From: an uncultured Gemmatimonadales bacterium
GTDB taxonomy: Bacteria > Gemmatimonadota > Gemmatimonadetes > Longimicrobiales > Gaopeijiaceae
Length of the DNA: 64,000 nucleotides
Reading direction: 5' to 3'
Assembly (NCBI GenBank): GCA_963809895.1
Contig: CAWELD010000010.1
Coordinates: 192,001-256,000, forward strand
Part shown: in pieces, positions 61,705 through 64,000 of the stretch
Layout: each line of letters opens with the position of its first letter
Numbering within the stretch: the first letter of the stretch is position 1
Notes under the pieces: model-generated
Seen by the model: the letters and a program-made list of their open reading frames with translations, nothing else
What the model was told of the DNA's origin: nothing
The model's database searches: none
Position numbers and translations under genes: made by a program

Positions 61705-61872
61705 GGCTGGGCTCGTCCAGTACGATGGGCGAGAAGGACGACAACGTGGGCGCTGCCGCGAGGAAGCGCCACCCCACCTTCACCTATTGATGTCCGTCAC
61801 CCGAATGATCAAGATGCGCGGCCTGACAGACCACGTGGTCGGCCGGGCGACTGATTCCATGCAAGGGAGATC

Positions 61873-62709
61873 ATGACAGGAACGATACTGATCGGCGCGG
61901 TGGCGCTGGTGCTCGGCGTCGCACTGGGATGGATCATGCGGGCGGGCCGGCGCCCGCCGCCGGACCCGGTGCGGGCTGCGCTGGGCGAGGTGGCCGCGCA
62001 CCTCGAGCAGGGTCGGCTGCCGTCGGCCGCCTCCGGTGAAGTCGACGAAATCCGAAGCCTTCGATCTGCGCTGGAGCGTGGCTGGGTCGCGCGGGACGAA
62101 CAGCGAGAAGAAGCGCTGCGCCAGGCTCTGGGGCGGATCGCCGCCTTTCTCGAGGAATCCGTGCAAGGGCCTCTCACGCGGGTTCGTGACGGTGACGAGG
62201 CCCTGCTGCGCGAGGGGGTGGAGCGGGCGCTGGGGGGGCTCAAGGACCTCGAGTTCTTCCTGCGCGAGCCGCTCACGCCCGACGAGACGCACAACCTGGT
62301 GCCGTTGGTGCAGCAGGTGGTGCGCGATTTCATCGCCGACTGGGAAGTGGGGGTCCGGTTCAGCGCGGATGCACAGCCCGTGCGCGCCCACATCCACCGG
62401 GACAGCTTCCTGGACGCCATCTACCTCCTGCTCCACAACGCCGGCCACTTCAGCGAGTGGAAGACCGTGGACGTGCAGGTGGAGTCCGATGGCGGGCGCG
62501 CGCGCGTGACGATCCGCGACCAGGGTCCCGGGTTCTCGCCCGAGGCGCTGGAGAGAGCCCGCGAGCTCTTCTACACCACCAAGCCGGCGGGGCTCGGGCT
62601 GGGCATTCCCTTCGCCCGCCGGATCATCGAGGGCTTCGGCGGCCAGCTCGACCTCCACAACCGCCCCGACGGCGGCGCCGAGGTGGTGCTGTTGCTGCCG
62701 GGGGCGTAG
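61873..62709 (+). CDS. Membrane-anchored histidine-kinase-like ATPase lacking the H-box His
   Basis: N-box LLHNA, G1 DQGPG, F-box FYTTK, G2 GLGLG; DHp region reads GRIAAFLEESVQGPL. Confidence 0.82.
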   Translation: MTGTILIGAVALVLGVALGWIMRAGRRPPPDPVRAALGEVAAHLEQGRLPSAASGEVDEIRSLRSALERGWVARDEQREEALRQALGRIAAFLEESVQGPLTRVRDGDEALLREGVERALGGLKDLEFFLREPLTPDETHNLVPLVQQVVRDFIADWEVGVRFSADAQPVRAHIHRDSFLDAIYLLLHNAGHFSEWKTVDVQVESDGGRARVTIRDQGPGFSPEALERARELFYTTKPAGLGLGIPFARRIIEGFGGQLDLHNRPDGGAEVVLLLPGA

Positions 62710-62716
62710 GGAGCGC

Positions 62717-63691
62717 TCAACCCACCCCGGCCACACGCGGCGGTCGCGCGGACGCTCCGGCCACCCCCAGGACGACCAGGCACAGACCCACCCATCCGGC
62801 CGGCGTGAGGCCCTGATCCAGCAGCACGGTGGCCAGGAGGGCGGCCACCACGGGCTCCGCGGTCGCCAGGATGGACACGTGGCCGGCGGGCACGCGACCG
62901 AGGGCGTCGTAGAAGAGGAACGCCGCCACCGCGATGGTGAGCAGGCCGTAGAGCGCCAGCAGCACCCATGCGCGGCTCGCGGTGGGTAGCGGCACCGGAC
63001 CCCAACCCACGGGCACCGCCACCAGCAGGATCAGGCAGGCGCCCCAGGTGGAATGCAGCACCGTGGCGACGCTCCCCCACCGGGGAGATGCGTATCGGCC
63101 GAAGAGCGTGTAGCCGGCGTAGGCCGCCGCGGCGGACAGTCCCCAGCCCAGGCCGGCGGGCGACAGGCTGATGCTCGCGCCCCGAGCTCCCGTGACCGTC
63201 AGCCACACGCCGCACACCGAAACCGCGCCGAGCACGATCTGGCGCCGTGTCGGACGCTCTCCGATCAGGGGGCCGGCCCCGGCCAGGACGAGAGCCGGTG
63301 CGAGGTAGAGCAGCGCCACGGTCGTCGGCACGCCTACGGCGTCCGTGGACATCTGGTATGCCACCTGGAAGAGCGCCGTGGCCGCGCCTCCGACCCCCGC
63401 GCACACGAGCAGACCGCGACGCGGGGTCTGCAGCGCACGTCTGCGGAAGAGGAGCGCGCCGCCGACGAGGAAGAGCAGCCCGGCCAGCGGGCGGAGCAGC
63501 GCCACGCTCTCCGGCGGCACGCCCGCCCGGAAGAGGGCCACCGAGAAGATCCCAGACGATCCCCACAGACTGGCAGCCGCCAGGACCTCCACGTAACCCG
63601 CGCCCGGGTGGGCTCCCCCCGCTCTGCGTGGGCCCTGGCCCGGGCCTCCGGAGCCGGCGGTGGGTCCTCCGGCGACCTGCGCGTCCGTCAC
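62717..63691 (-). CDS. EamA/DMT family transporter
   Basis: LWGSSG, LLY.AP, Y..L..V.A..VS......EPVVA; about 10 TM. Confidence 0.9.
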   Translation of the reverse strand: MTDAQVAGGPTAGSGGPGQGPRRAGGAHPGAGYVEVLAAASLWGSSGIFSVALFRAGVPPESVALLRPLAGLLFLVGGALLFRRRALQTPRRGLLVCAGVGGAATALFQVAYQMSTDAVGVPTTVALLYLAPALVLAGAGPLIGERPTRRQIVLGAVSVCGVWLTVTGARGASISLSPAGLGWGLSAAAAYAGYTLFGRYASPRWGSVATVLHSTWGACLILLVAVPVGWGPVPLPTASRAWVLLALYGLLTIAVAAFLFYDALGRVPAGHVSILATAEPVVAALLATVLLDQGLTPAGWVGLCLVVLGVAGASARPPRVAGVG

Positions 63692-64000
63692 AGGTAGCCG
63701 TAGATCTGGTAGAGCATCAGATAGACCACGATGCCGGTCACGGACACGTAGAGCCACACCGGATACGTCCAGCGAGCCAGGCGGGCATGCTCCCGGAAAC
63801 GGCGCTTCCGCACGAGATAGAGGAGGCGCAGGACCAGTGGCACGACAATCACCGCCAGCGTCATGTGCGAGAACAGGATGGTGAGGTAGGCGGTACGTGC
63901 GAATCCCTCGCCGGCGAATCGGTGCGTTCCGGTGAGAGCGGCCCGGGTGAGGTAGAAGACCAGGAAGAGCACGGAGGCCGTGACCGCACCGATCATGGCC
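63688..64000 (-). CDS. DUF420 family membrane protein (5' truncated by window)
   Basis: M..A...S.LFL..YL, Y..IL.SH..LA, H.RLARWT.P.WLYVSVTG..VY.MLY. Confidence 0.88.
   Translation of the reverse strand, partial: AMIGAVTASVLFLVFYLTRAALTGTHRFAGEGFARTAYLTILFSHMTLAVIVVPLVLRLLYLVRKRRFREHARLARWTYPVWLYVSVTGIVVYLMLYQIYGYL

Overview
A high-GC, gene-dense bacterial chromosome segment with about 60 CDSs. I found no rRNA, tRNA, CRISPR array, prophage or transposase. The gene content (short RpoD-family sigma paralogues, a PadR+ADOP permease pair, a 6-bladed propeller lipoprotein, DUF2723) suggests Gemmatimonadota, but that is an inference. Most genes are housekeeping: polA, ssb, maeB, pckA, trpE, rsgA, bcp, a cold-shock protein and ABC transporters. 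Unusual features: (1) an intact, translationally coupled SbcD/SbcC (Mre11/Rad50)-like pair in which several nuclease motifs and all ATPase motifs are substituted while the zinc hook is kept; (2) a six-gene YtrA/GntR-ABC operon behind a 36-bp palindromic operator, led by a propeller/pilin-like fusion lipoprotein and ending in two peptidase-like proteins without HExxH; (3) a five-gene Omp85-like/methyltransferase/flavoprotein/SRPBCC/ketosynthase operon with no ACP or chain-length factor; (4) a ~280-nt multi-hairpin candidate RNA upstream of an M20 dipeptidase; (5) a 305-bp MITE-like cruciform element abutting polA; (6) a histidine kinase without the phospho-acceptor His. Several single-base frameshifts look like assembly errors. 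All calls are by eye from motifs; no searches were run.
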